Assembly (NCBI GenBank): GCA_023818695.1 | Contig: JAMWCF010000001.1 | Coordinates: 211,306-275,305, forward strand | DNA: 64,000 nt | Source of the DNA: Candidatus Omnitrophota bacterium | Lineage (GTDB): Bacteria > Omnitrophota > Gorgyraeia > 1-14-0-20-64-10 | Direction of reading: 5' to 3' | In this document: piece after piece, positions 16,054 through 25,611 of the stretch | Layout: the number at the start of each line of letters is the position of its first letter | How positions within the stretch are numbered: the stretch's first letter is position 1 | Notes under the pieces: generated by a model | The model's database searches: none | Told to the model about the DNA's origin: nothing | Seen by the model: only the letters and a program-made list of their open reading frames with translations | Made by a program: the position numbers and the translations under genes

Positions 16054-18232
16054 TCTCCCGTTCTGGTTGCCGGCCGCCGGCTTCCTGTTTTTGTCCATCC
16101 TTTATTTCTACCGCCATATTTTTCTGGGGATGACCTCTTTTGCCGATGATCTTTCTTATTTTCATTTCTTTGAGAAGTCTTTATACGCGCGGGAGATCCG
16201 TAGCGGGATCGTTCCGCTTTGGAACCCGCACATCTTCGGCGGGACTCCGCACCTGGCGAACGTCAACAACGCATGCTTTTACCCGTTTAACCTGTTTTTT
16301 CTGCTGGGGCCTTTCCACGCCGTCCTGACCCTCTATTTGGCTCTCCATTTGTGCATTGCTGGCTTGTCCGTCTACTTGTGGGGGAGAAAACTCGGTTTCT
16401 CCAGATTTGCTTCCTTCCTCAGCGGCCTCCTATACATGTTCAGCGGCGTTTTTGCGACCGAGAACATCCATCTGGGATACTTCGCAGCGCTGGCCTGGAC
16501 ACCGGCCGTGTTTTACGCCATGGAGATATGGCTGGAAGAGAGGGCAATCCGTCCTGCAATTGCCGTTGGCCTGCTTCTGTCCCTGATCCTGATGAGCGGG
16601 GCCCCGCAATTCCTGCTGATCACCGGCTACTGCCTTGTTTTTTACACCATCTTTCGGTTGATGGAACCAGGACAAGGGGTCCGCGGCCGCATGGATGGAT
16701 TGGCTGTCCTTATCGTCGGCGCGGGGCTTGGTCTGATGGCGGCTGCGGTCCAGCTGCTTCCTGCCATGGAATTCATAAAAGATGGCGGCCGCCCCTATGC
16801 GACCGATTACCAGTTTGCCGTCTCTTTCTCTTCTTATTGGAAACAGCTCCTTTCCAGGCCGTTCGCGCCGGTCGGCCATGGGTGGACCGGCGCGGCCGCT
16901 CTGTTTTTCGCCGCGTGGGCCCTGCTTTTCATGCGCAGCCGGGCGGTGGCGACCCTGTTTCTGCTGGCATTGGCAACCGCTCTTTTGAGTCTGGGCGACG
17001 ACGGCTTTTTGTTTAAAGTGGCTCACCGTTTTCTGCCTGGATTTCAGCTTTTCAGGGCACCGTACCGGTTTGCCCTCTACGCTGTCCTTTTCATCGTCCT
17101 GATGTCTGGGGCCGGGATTGACTCCGTTATCCGCTCTTCCGTCTCACGCTGGCGGCGTTTCGGCCTCAGTTTCATCGCGCTGTTCCTTGGATGGGGCATC
17201 TGGAGCTGCTTTCATGCGGAGGGAAGCATTGAAAGACTCTGGAAATCGACGGCGTGGCTGTTGCTGATCTATGGGCTGGTCCGGCTCTTCCTGAAAGCGC
17301 AGATTCGGGAGGCCCTTTTCAAGGCGGGACTCTGTCTCTTCCTCCTTCTGGAGGTGACGCAGGAGTTGACAACCCTGGGCGGCGTCCACCCTTTGACCAA
17401 GCCCTCTTTCTACCGCTTCCTCCAGGAACAGCCGATTTTTGACGAGCTAAAAAAACAGGAAGAAACGCACCGAATCTATCTCTCGAACGACGATGGAATA
17501 GCATGCCTGGAATATCCCCTCAAGGACGGTCGTTATTTCCCCTTCAGCCCGAATCTAGGGGAGCTGTATGGATTTGAAAACGTCAGTGGCTACGAACAGA
17601 TGATGCTTCGGCGCTACATCCGTTTCATCCAGGAAACACCCCCTTACTGGAGCATGGCCCTCTTCAACGTCCGGTATCTCTTGACACGGGGTGATCTAAG
17701 CGGTCTGCCCGGTCTGAAGCTTGTCCTGGCGGTTCCTGCTGGCCGGCTGTACAGGATGGAATGGACAATTCCGAGATATTTTATGGCTGCCAGTGCCAGG
17801 TTCACCGACCGGCCGGAGAATTTTTTTGAATCGGTCCGCGACCCGGCGTTTAATCCTTACACACAGCTCATCCTGGAGGGAGATCCGCCCGCCGTCACAG
17901 GACAGCCACCTCTTCGGAGCTACGAGATCAACGTTTTGAAACGAACCTCTCGCGATCAGCTTCTGGAAGTCAAGCTTGATGGTCACGGCTACCTGGTTTG
18001 CAGCGAGCCATACGAGAAGGGATGGAAAGCGTTCATCGACGACCAGCCGGCCTCGCTGTGGCCGGCATTCCACTTGCTCCGGGCGGTTTACCTTCCGCCC
18101 GGAAAGCACCTGGTCCGCTTTTACTATGATCCGCCCTCTTTCAACCTGGGCCTGGGGATCAGTCTCATCTCCTTCGCGGTGATCCTGGCAATCTCTCTCT
18201 TGAGTCGGCGGAGGCAGCGCAGCGCAGCTTGA
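16025..18232 (+). CDS. YfhO-family polytopic membrane protein (putative glycosyltransferase)
   Basis: About 735 aa. The N-terminal region LPAAGFLFLSILYFYRHIF...PLWNPHIFGGTPHLAN is typical of YfhO. It has many TM segments and a C-terminal TM anchor. Confidence 0.7.
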   Translation: MPLFGKEPRNLPFWLPAAGFLFLSILYFYRHIFLGMTSFADDLSYFHFFEKSLYAREIRSGIVPLWNPHIFGGTPHLANVNNACFYPFNLFFLLGPFHAVLTLYLALHLCIAGLSVYLWGRKLGFSRFASFLSGLLYMFSGVFATENIHLGYFAALAWTPAVFYAMEIWLEERAIRPAIAVGLLLSLILMSGAPQFLLITGYCLVFYTIFRLMEPGQGVRGRMDGLAVLIVGAGLGLMAAAVQLLPAMEFIKDGGRPYATDYQFAVSFSSYWKQLLSRPFAPVGHGWTGAAALFFAAWALLFMRSRAVATLFLLALATALLSLGDDGFLFKVAHRFLPGFQLFRAPYRFALYAVLFIVLMSGAGIDSVIRSSVSRWRRFGLSFIALFLGWGIWSCFHAEGSIERLWKSTAWLLLIYGLVRLFLKAQIREALFKAGLCLFLLLEVTQELTTLGGVHPLTKPSFYRFLQEQPIFDELKKQEETHRIYLSNDDGIACLEYPLKDGRYFPFSPNLGELYGFENVSGYEQMMLRRYIRFIQETPPYWSMALFNVRYLLTRGDLSGLPGLKLVLAVPAGRLYRMEWTIPRYFMAASARFTDRPENFFESVRDPAFNPYTQLILEGDPPAVTGQPPLRSYEINVLKRTSRDQLLEVKLDGHGYLVCSEPYEKGWKAFIDDQPASLWPAFHLLRAVYLPPGKHLVRFYYDPPSFNLGLGISLISFAVILAISLLSRRRQRSAA

Positions 18233-19059
18233 AAGAGGCCCAGTTTGATCTCCACGCGGCAATAGAAGAAAAACATTGGTGGTTTCTGGGACGGCGGGAG
18301 ATCGTTCGCCGGATTGTGGAGAGCCTGCCTCCGGAAACCGCTGCCTGGCCGGTTGTGGACATCGGTTGCGGGACTGGCGCCAACATCGCCTCTTTTGCAA
18401 AAGGGCGGCGAGGTATCGGGATCGACAGCTCGCCGGAAGCGATCCAAAGGGCCTCGGCAAGGTTTCCGCAGATCCGGTTCCTCTGCGAGCGGCCGCAGGA
18501 GGCCATCCGGAGACTTGACCGGGAACCGGCCGTCTTCCTCCTGATGGATGTCATCGAACATGTGGAGGACGATTTCATGTTCCTATCGGAACTGCTGGCG
18601 CTCATGGAACCCGGGAGCCGCCTGGTGATCACGACCCCGGCGAATCCGGCCCTCTGGAGTGAACACGATGTGAGCTTCGGTCATTACCGCCGATATACCC
18701 CGCCGCGGCTGCGGATGATCTGGGAGGGACTGCCTGTCTCGGTCGAGCTGTTCTCCCATTTCAACACGTACCTCTATCCGGTCGCCACAGCGTTCCGTTT
18801 CATGAGCCGGATTAGAAAACGGCCCAGCGGCAAAGCAGGAACCGACTTCTGGGTCCCGGCCAGGCCGGTCAACCTGCTCCTGAAAACGGTCATGGCATCG
18901 GAAGCGGGATTTCTTCTCCGCCGGCTCCGCAAGGGAACCGGCGACGGCTTCCGGTTCGGGGTCAGTCTGATCGCCGTCCTGAAGCGGAACGAGGGGTCGG
19001 TGCCGGTAAGAGCCAAACCGGCCGGCCTGCCTCCGGACCCCCACAACCCTCGCAAATAG
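18229..19059 (+). CDS. Class I SAM-dependent methyltransferase
   Basis: TTG start overlapping the yfhO-like stop. Motifs HWWFLGRR and VVDIGCGTGAN. Confidence 0.75.
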   Translation: MKEAQFDLHAAIEEKHWWFLGRREIVRRIVESLPPETAAWPVVDIGCGTGANIASFAKGRRGIGIDSSPEAIQRASARFPQIRFLCERPQEAIRRLDREPAVFLLMDVIEHVEDDFMFLSELLALMEPGSRLVITTPANPALWSEHDVSFGHYRRYTPPRLRMIWEGLPVSVELFSHFNTYLYPVATAFRFMSRIRKRPSGKAGTDFWVPARPVNLLLKTVMASEAGFLLRRLRKGTGDGFRFGVSLIAVLKRNEGSVPVRAKPAGLPPDPHNPRK

Positions 19060-19148
19060 AAGGGGGGCTCAAGGTTCAACTGCCGATATAATGGAAGAAT
19101 GGAAGCGCTGACCGGGTGGGCATGAACAGATCCAAAACAGGGGGCAGC

Positions 19149-19679
19149 ATGATGTCAAATCAGCAAGAAGCCGCGGCGATCTACCAGATTCTGGAGCAGG
19201 CGAAAGAGCGGGTTATCATCACCAATAAGGGGGGGATGATCGTGTACGTGAATCCCGCTTTCGAGCGGATCACCGGATATTCCAAAGAGGAAGTGATCGG
19301 CAAAATGACCCCCAGAATCTTGAAATCCGGCCAGTACGACAGCCAATTCTACTCGATGTTATGGAAGACACTGCTATCGGGTAAGTCCTTCCACGCGAGG
19401 TTCCTCAACAAAAAGAAAGATGGTTCCCTGTATTACGAAGAACAGAGCATCAGCCCCGTCAAGAACCAGAAAGGGGAGATAACCCACTTCGTGTCCACTG
19501 CGGAAGACCTCACTCCTCTGCTTTCGGAACAGGACGCGAAAAAGCTCGCCCAGGAAAGCTACCAGTACCTCAAGGAGGTGAGCATGGAGCGGGAGGCCCG
19601 GATCAGCGAATTGAAGCTGGAAGTGAACAACCTTTTAAAGCGGCTCGGTGAAACACCGAAATACGTTATTCCGGAGTGA
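19149..19679 (+). CDS. Stand-alone PAS sensor protein with a C-terminal coiled-coil tail
   Basis: PAS S-box (YVNPAFERITGYSKEEVIGK...KKDGSLYYEEQSISPV). The ATG at 19149 is preceded by SD caggggg. Alternative upstream starts lie at 19116 and 19122. Confidence 0.8.
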   Translation: MMSNQQEAAAIYQILEQAKERVIITNKGGMIVYVNPAFERITGYSKEEVIGKMTPRILKSGQYDSQFYSMLWKTLLSGKSFHARFLNKKKDGSLYYEEQSISPVKNQKGEITHFVSTAEDLTPLLSEQDAKKLAQESYQYLKEVSMEREARISELKLEVNNLLKRLGETPKYVIPE

Positions 19680-21451
19680 TGATGAATAAAAATGCGTCGG
19701 TCGAAAAGTGGGTGGAGGAGACGGCCCGGCTCACGCGGCCCGACCGCATTGTCTGGCTAACCGGTTCGGACGCGGAGTATGAGCAGCTGCTGGCCGAGGG
19801 GGTTCGCCTAAACCAGCTCATCCCGCTTGATTCGGCGAAACATCCGGGTTCCTACCTGCACCGGTCACACCCGGAAGATGTTGCCCGAACTGAACAGAAC
19901 ACCTACATTTGCACCCCGGTCAGGGGGGACGCGGGTCCCACCAACAACTGGATGGATCCCGCGGAGGCGTATGATAAGCTTCGGCGGCTTTTCTCCGGGG
20001 TCATGAAGGGCAGGACCATGTACGTGATTCCCCACTTGTTGGGACCACCCGGGTCTCCATTCAGCAAGGTGGGCGTAGAATTGACCGACAGCGTCTACGT
20101 GGCCATCAACATGCAGATCATGACCCGCCTGGGCACCGTCGCCCTGGAACATCTGGGAGATTCACACTCGTTTCTGAAAGGGCTTCATTCCTGCGGCACC
20201 CTGGACCCTCGGCAGCGCTACATCTGCCACTTTCCTCAGGATCTGACCGTCTGGAGCATCAACTCCGGCTATGGCGGCAACGCACTTTTAAGCAAGAAGT
20301 GCTTCGCCCTGCGGATCGCGAGCTGGCTTGGGAGACAAGAGGGATGGCTGGCCGAGCACATGTTCATTACCGGAATCGAAGACCCGAAGGGACAAGTGAC
20401 CTATATCGCGGGGGCTTTTCCGTCCGCCTGCGGCAAGACGAACCTAGCGATGCTGCGCCCCACCGGCGCCTACAGCGGCTATAAAATTTGGTGCGTCGGC
20501 GATGACATCGCCTGGCTTCGCGTCGGGATTGACGGCCGGCTCTATGCGACAAACCCGGAAGCCGGGTTTTTCGGCGTGGCCCCCGGGACAAGCCCCCAGA
20601 CCAACCCAAATATGATGGCGGCGATCGCCAAGAACACGATCTTCACCAATGTTGCCCTGGCTCCGGATCGCACGGTTTGGTGGGAAGGGCTTGACCTTCC
20701 GGCCGACATAAAGGGATTCCTGGACTGGCAGGGAAGGCCCTGGAGTCCAAACAGCGGCCAGAAGGCGGCCCACCCGAATTCCCGGTTCACGACGCCGATC
20801 AAGCAATCTCCGGTCTTCACGCCGAAGTGGAACAGCCCGGAAGGGGTCCCGATCTCCGCGATCCTCTTCGGTGCTAGACGGTCCACGCTTGTGCCGCTGG
20901 TCTGCGAGGCGTTTAACTGGCAGCATGGAGTCTATCTGGGCGCCACGATGAGTTCCGAGACGACTTCCGCCGCGGCCGGCGCCACCGGTGTCCTGCGGCA
21001 GGATCCCATGGCGATGCTGCCTTTCTGCGGCTATAACATGGCCGACTACTTCGGGCACTGGCTGAAGATCGGCAGGCGGCTCAAAGCGCCGCCGAAGATT
21101 TTTCGGGTTAACTGGTTCCGGCGGGATGCGCACGGCAGGTTCCTCTGGCCCGGTTTCGGGGACAACATGAGGGTGCTCAAGTGGATCATCGACCGGTGCT
21201 ACGGGACGGCTGGCGCGCAGGAGACTCCGATCGGGTATCTGCCGTCCATCAATTCATTGGATACAGATGGATTGAATCTTTCCGGGCAGGGAATGGAGGA
21301 GCTGCTTGCTGTGGACCGAGAGTCATGGTTTAAGGAGGCACGCCGACAGACCGAGTTCTTCGGAAAATTCGGCACGAGGATGCCGGCCGAACTGCTGCTG
21401 GAGCAGCAAATGCTGATCGATCGGTTAAGTGTGCAGGCGCAACGAACATGA
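19679..21451 (+). CDS. pckG: Phosphoenolpyruvate carboxykinase (GTP)
   Basis: About 590 aa with the GTP-PEPCK kinase motif FPSACGKTNLAML. Start codons are clustered (GTG 19676, ATG 19679, ATG 19682) and overlap the PAS gene stop. Confidence 0.9.
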   Translation: MMNKNASVEKWVEETARLTRPDRIVWLTGSDAEYEQLLAEGVRLNQLIPLDSAKHPGSYLHRSHPEDVARTEQNTYICTPVRGDAGPTNNWMDPAEAYDKLRRLFSGVMKGRTMYVIPHLLGPPGSPFSKVGVELTDSVYVAINMQIMTRLGTVALEHLGDSHSFLKGLHSCGTLDPRQRYICHFPQDLTVWSINSGYGGNALLSKKCFALRIASWLGRQEGWLAEHMFITGIEDPKGQVTYIAGAFPSACGKTNLAMLRPTGAYSGYKIWCVGDDIAWLRVGIDGRLYATNPEAGFFGVAPGTSPQTNPNMMAAIAKNTIFTNVALAPDRTVWWEGLDLPADIKGFLDWQGRPWSPNSGQKAAHPNSRFTTPIKQSPVFTPKWNSPEGVPISAILFGARRSTLVPLVCEAFNWQHGVYLGATMSSETTSAAAGATGVLRQDPMAMLPFCGYNMADYFGHWLKIGRRLKAPPKIFRVNWFRRDAHGRFLWPGFGDNMRVLKWIIDRCYGTAGAQETPIGYLPSINSLDTDGLNLSGQGMEELLAVDRESWFKEARRQTEFFGKFGTRMPAELLLEQQMLIDRLSVQAQRT

Positions 21452-21771
21452 AGAGGAGGAACCAGATGGACCATTTGGGGAGGAAAGCTGTCGTGGGACT
21501 GTTTGTCGGGGTTGCCGTTTTACTGACCTCGGCTAGCGCCTGGGGAAAGCAAACGCAGGACACGAAACCAAAGATCGCGGCCTATCGCCACGCCGCCAAT
21601 GAGGCGAGGGTGAAGGCCGTTTTTCACCAGACGCAGGCGAAAAATTCCAAGGATCAGACGAGAAGGCAAAGGCGGACGCTCCGCTACCACCTGAACCAAG
21701 CCGATTACTATCGGAAGCTTGCCGATAAGCTCGAATTGGCCGCCAACAATCTTGAGAGAGTTTCGAGATGA
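21448..21771 (+). CDS. Small hypothetical exported protein
   Basis: ATGA overlap with pckG. Signal-like segment AVVGLFVGVAVLLTSASAWG followed by a basic helical region. No family recognised. Confidence 0.45.
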   Translation: MKRRNQMDHLGRKAVVGLFVGVAVLLTSASAWGKQTQDTKPKIAAYRHAANEARVKAVFHQTQAKNSKDQTRRQRRTLRYHLNQADYYRKLADKLELAANNLERVSR

Positions 21772-21900
21772 GACCGGGAGTTGCTGTTCCCCGGTTTGAT
21801 CGCCAGAAACGATGGGAGGGGTATCTGCCTGCGGGCTGATCGCTCGCAGAAAAAACCATCGCCGGGTCAGACGCCGAAAGAGATGAGGTAACGACCAGTT

Positions 21901-22545
21901 TTGACGAAGAAATTTCTGGTTGCGGTCGCTGTCTGTGTGATCCTGTACGTTGCCGCGGCCATCCTACTGGGTCCTCCTGGCCGTCCGGAACATCATTTTC
22001 ATCACGAACAGGGGTACGTGACGGTGCTGTCGGCCCTTTTATTGGCAATGGCTTCGGGTTTTGCCGGCGCCTCTTTTCTGCTGGAACAAAATCCCACCGG
22101 GCGGTCACGTCTTTTCTGGTCGCTGGCCTTCCTCTCCTTTCTGTACCTCTCCTTTGATGAGCTGCTGGAATTCCATGAAAGGATGGGGGAATTGATCTTG
22201 GGAAGCGTCGTTGGCCCCGTCCCCCTTTTCCGGAACTGGAATGATGTCATCGTCATTGGATACGGCATGATGGCCTTCCTTACTTTTCTCTATTTCCTCC
22301 CAGTCATTCGGGCGTATCCGGGTTTCGAGAAACGGATTGCGCTGGCCGCCGGTTTCTACGTCCTCCATACGCTCATCGATTCGACTCAACAGAGAACGAG
22401 TTTGTCGATTATTCTGGAAGAGTCGGCCAAGCTCTTCTGTTCGGCCTTTGCCGCGTCAGCGATGCTCTTCGGGATGGCCGCGTGCTGGAGGGAAGGGCGA
22501 CCCCCCGGCGAAGGTCGGTTGCAGCGATCGCAAGGACCTGGTTGA
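21901..22545 (+). CDS. Hypothetical polytopic membrane protein
   Basis: TTG start. About 6 hydrophobic segments and the motif FDELLEFHERMGE. No family recognised. Confidence 0.5.
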   Translation: MTKKFLVAVAVCVILYVAAAILLGPPGRPEHHFHHEQGYVTVLSALLLAMASGFAGASFLLEQNPTGRSRLFWSLAFLSFLYLSFDELLEFHERMGELILGSVVGPVPLFRNWNDVIVIGYGMMAFLTFLYFLPVIRAYPGFEKRIALAAGFYVLHTLIDSTQQRTSLSIILEESAKLFCSAFAASAMLFGMAACWREGRPPGEGRLQRSQGPG

Positions 22546-23594
22546 TGAGGCGGCTGGCTTTTCTTCTGGCTGTCGTGGCGGGAATGACGTGCTCTTCCGG
22601 CTTCGGGATCGCCGCGGAGGATGCCATTCCTTTCACGATCGCCGACATGGTCGGGCCGGTCAATCTCAGCGATGAGGCCCTTTGGCTCTTTGTGGTTCCT
22701 GACGGGAGAGATTCGCCAGTCTTGTCCATCGAGCGGCGTCAAGAGCTGCTCGCCGGCCGCCTCGATGTACGCCGGCCAAACCTTCCAGTCGAATGGCGGA
22801 CGATTCTCACGGGCAGGGAATTGGGCACTTCAGGGATAGCTGACCACTGGCACATTTTCGCGCACGGGGCTCATTGGATTGTCGTGTCGACCCCCGCCGG
22901 CAGTTTCCTGCTGAAACTGGACCCGGATTTTCGTCGGCTTGGGCTCTTCCGCGTTGCGCCGGAAGGTGATCGTGGGTCGGGTGGTGTGGTGACAAATGAC
23001 ATGTTTTTGGTCGCTGAACTGAAGGGTGTGGCGGTCGGCCATTTTCTGCCGGGGTTTGGACACCGTATTTATCGATTCGGCATGGATGGCACCTCGGGCG
23101 ATCCTATCGACTTCGGCGGTGGCTTATACCGGCATGCCAACGGCGCCTCGGCGGAACGTGTCCCGGCTGGGTTCCTCGTTTTTGCGCCGATGAGCCTCAA
23201 TCCGCTCATGCGGAGCTCAATCCGATTGATCCGGACCGATGAAAACTGGCGGCCAAACCGCGTGGTAGAGGCCATTGCGGAGGATGGCATGAACATCGTA
23301 ATGCCAAGCAGCGTCACTCTCCCATCGGGCTACCGGATCGTCCACGCGCGTGTCCGTGTTGTGGGCAACGGGGAAAATGAACCCGGCCCTGGTCATGGCC
23401 AGAGGCATTCGGACGACGGGATGATTGTCCGCTACGTGCTCGACCCCAATTTCACGGTTGTCTCCCGACAGGTTATTGTGTCCCATTCGGGGAACCGTCC
23501 TCACACAGCCCTCTTCGGCAACCTGCTGCTGACCTCCTGGGACGGCGACGGTGTCTGGCTTCGCGTGGATCGGCTGTCGGGTGAAGTTCATTAA
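22545..23594 (+). CDS. Hypothetical exported protein
   Basis: The ATG overlaps the upstream stop (TGATG). Signal peptide [21 protein letters not shown]. The remainder looks beta-rich. No family recognised. Confidence 0.55.
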   Translation: MRRLAFLLAVVAGMTCSSGFGIAAEDAIPFTIADMVGPVNLSDEALWLFVVPDGRDSPVLSIERRQELLAGRLDVRRPNLPVEWRTILTGRELGTSGIADHWHIFAHGAHWIVVSTPAGSFLLKLDPDFRRLGLFRVAPEGDRGSGGVVTNDMFLVAELKGVAVGHFLPGFGHRIYRFGMDGTSGDPIDFGGGLYRHANGASAERVPAGFLVFAPMSLNPLMRSSIRLIRTDENWRPNRVVEAIAEDGMNIVMPSSVTLPSGYRIVHARVRVVGNGENEPGPGHGQRHSDDGMIVRYVLDPNFTVVSRQVIVSHSGNRPHTALFGNLLLTSWDGDGVWLRVDRLSGEVH

Positions 23595-23626
23595 GACCGC
23601 CTGCGGAACTATGGGAGGGGGAAGAG

Positions 23627-24670
23627 ATGGTGAGTAGAAGTGTGAGGGACGGTATGCAGCTGGTGTTTGAACTTTTGCCGGATGCGGTCATTTTGGTTGA
23701 CCGCCAGGGCCGTATCGTCCAAGTCAACGCGCAGACCGAAGTGCTGTTCGGCTGCGCGCCAGGGGAATTGCTGAACCAGTCTGTCGAGATGTTGATCCCG
23801 GAGCGCTTTCGTCAGCAGCATGCGAAAGATCGCCAGGGTTACGTCTTGCAGCCGACCAAGCGGTTGATGGGTCAGCGGGACAGGGAATTATGGGGCAGAC
23901 GGAAGGACGGCGGCGAATTTCTAGCGGATGTCGCCATCGGTCCCCTTTTTCTTGAAGAAATGGAGAAGGAACCGCTTATCTTGGCGATCATACGGGATAT
24001 CACAGAGTATGGTAGGCGAAGAGATCAGCGCGTCTTTGCGGAACGTGCAATCACGCGCCTTCTCATCGAATCCGATAGCTTTGACGGGGCGATTCCGGGT
24101 GTCCTTCGGGAAGTCTGCCAGGTTCTCGACTGGGACGTGGGGGCGATTTGGCTCGTTGATGAGGCGGCAAATGTGCTGCGATGTGCCGGGTTCTGGCATT
24201 CGCCTGCCGTTACCGTTGCCGAGTTTGAAGATATCTCCCGCAGGATTACCTTCAATCCGGGAATTGGATTGCCCGGACGAGTCTGGAGCAGTCGCCAACC
24301 GGCTTGGATTCAAAACGTGGTTTTGGACAGCAACTTTCCCCGTGCTCCGTTTGCAGCGAAAGATGGGTTGCATGGGGCGTTCGGATTTCCAATCCTGATT
24401 CAAGATCATGTCTTTGGAGTTATGGAGTTTTTCAGCCGAGAGATTCGAAAACCTGATGAGGTGCTGCTCCAGATGTTCGGAGCTGTCGGTAACCAGATCG
24501 GCTTGTTTGTGCAGCGCAAGCTGGCCGAAGAGGCTGCCGAACGTGAAAGAAAAGAGCTAAAGAGGATGAACGACTTGATGATGGGAAGGGAGGAGCGGAT
24601 ACTTGAGCTTAAGAATGAGGTCAACAATCTACTCAAGGAGATGGGCAAGCCGCTAAAATACCAGGTCTAA
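23627..24670 (+). CDS. PAS-GAF sensor protein with a C-terminal coiled-coil tail and no output domain
   Basis: Strong SD (gggagggggaagag). PAS segment ([24 protein letters not shown]), GAF segment ([21 protein letters not shown]...GLPGRVW) and tail [25 protein letters not shown]. Confidence 0.8.
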   Translation: MVSRSVRDGMQLVFELLPDAVILVDRQGRIVQVNAQTEVLFGCAPGELLNQSVEMLIPERFRQQHAKDRQGYVLQPTKRLMGQRDRELWGRRKDGGEFLADVAIGPLFLEEMEKEPLILAIIRDITEYGRRRDQRVFAERAITRLLIESDSFDGAIPGVLREVCQVLDWDVGAIWLVDEAANVLRCAGFWHSPAVTVAEFEDISRRITFNPGIGLPGRVWSSRQPAWIQNVVLDSNFPRAPFAAKDGLHGAFGFPILIQDHVFGVMEFFSREIRKPDEVLLQMFGAVGNQIGLFVQRKLAEEAAERERKELKRMNDLMMGREERILELKNEVNNLLKEMGKPLKYQV

Positions 24671-24826
24671 AATGACATCATGCCTGCCATGATGCTATAA
24701 GTCACGCCGCATGATTCCTTCGCCAGCAGGATGGGAAGTGGCGGATGTGCACCGATTTTTCATGGATCCGCGGAGGGGCCGTAAATAATGCCCTGGAGCC
24801 GCGCTTCGGGTAATCGGAGGGAATGA

Positions 24827-25168
24827 GTGAAGACGATCGTTTTACTGCTGTTTTCAAACATTTTTATGACGTGGGCATGGTATGGGCATCTCAAGACGCT
24901 GCCCAACAAGCCTCTTGTGGTCGCCATTTTTGCCAGCTGGACCATCGCATTTTTTGAATACTGCTTTCAGGTTCCTGCCAACCGGTTTGGGTATGGCCTA
25001 TTCTCGCTTCAGCAGCTCAAAGTTCTTCAGGAGATCATTACGATGGTCGTTTTTGCCGCTTTTTCCGTCTGCTATATGGGCGAGCGTTTGACATGGGATT
25101 TCCTATGGGCGGGGCTGTGTCTCTCCGCCGCCGCTTTCTTCATGTTTCGCGGTTTTTCGGGAATCTAG
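24827..25168 (+). CDS. DMT-superfamily small membrane protein (DUF486-like)
   Basis: GTG start with SD ggaggga. The N-terminus MKTIVLLLFSNIFMTWAWYGHLK is typical of DUF486. Confidence 0.65.
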   Translation: MKTIVLLLFSNIFMTWAWYGHLKTLPNKPLVVAIFASWTIAFFEYCFQVPANRFGYGLFSLQQLKVLQEIITMVVFAAFSVCYMGERLTWDFLWAGLCLSAAAFFMFRGFSGI

Positions 25169-25202
25169 CGGGTGAGGGATTGGGAACTGTTCCGGACGGC
25201 GG

Positions 25203-25445
25203 TTGGCAGGGTTGTCGATGAGGTGGTTGATTGCGCCGCAGAAATTCCTGTTCAGACCCGAAACCCGCCTGTTCTGGATGGTGGGGTTGCTGGGAGCGTT
25301 TACGATGTTCTCCGCGTTTATCTGTGAAAGTCGGCGGCTGATGCAGGATGGGGAGTTCGCGCTGGCGGGTATGAATCTGATGGGCGGCATGCTCCCCGGT
25401 GTGGTTGCCTTGTGGGTTGGACATGTGGTTGCGTCGATTTTGTAA
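25203..25445 (+). pseudogene. crcB: CrcB/FluC fluoride-channel homologue, C-terminal half only
   Basis: RLFWMVGLLGAFTMFSAF...LMQDGEF..A..N..GG....VALWVG aligns with the C-terminal two TM segments of CrcB (GGxTTFSTF...LxxxG motif). No N-terminal half is evident in any frame upstream. Confidence 0.45.
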
Positions 25446-25611
25446 CCGGCGAGGTGGCGTATGATGAGGTGTCGCGTGAAGGCACATCGCTGCGGATTTT
25501 CATCGGCGAGAAAATCCGATTGTTCCTGGATGCTTCTGTATCGGGCGAACTGGGTGACGAGTACCGCGTAGAAACCCAAATCTCGATGAGGTTCCCGCTC
25601 CGCGTTACAAT

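Noticed and set aside
24676-24694. A 7-bp inverted repeat (catcatg/catgatg) after the PAS-GAF gene as a terminator.
   Set aside because: No T-run follows on the + strand. The T-run is on the minus-strand side, where there are no genes.
25169-25217. A fluoride riboswitch upstream of the crcB-like fragment.
   Set aside because: The ~35-50 nt available show nothing resembling the crcB-motif RNA as I recall it, and the spacer is too short.
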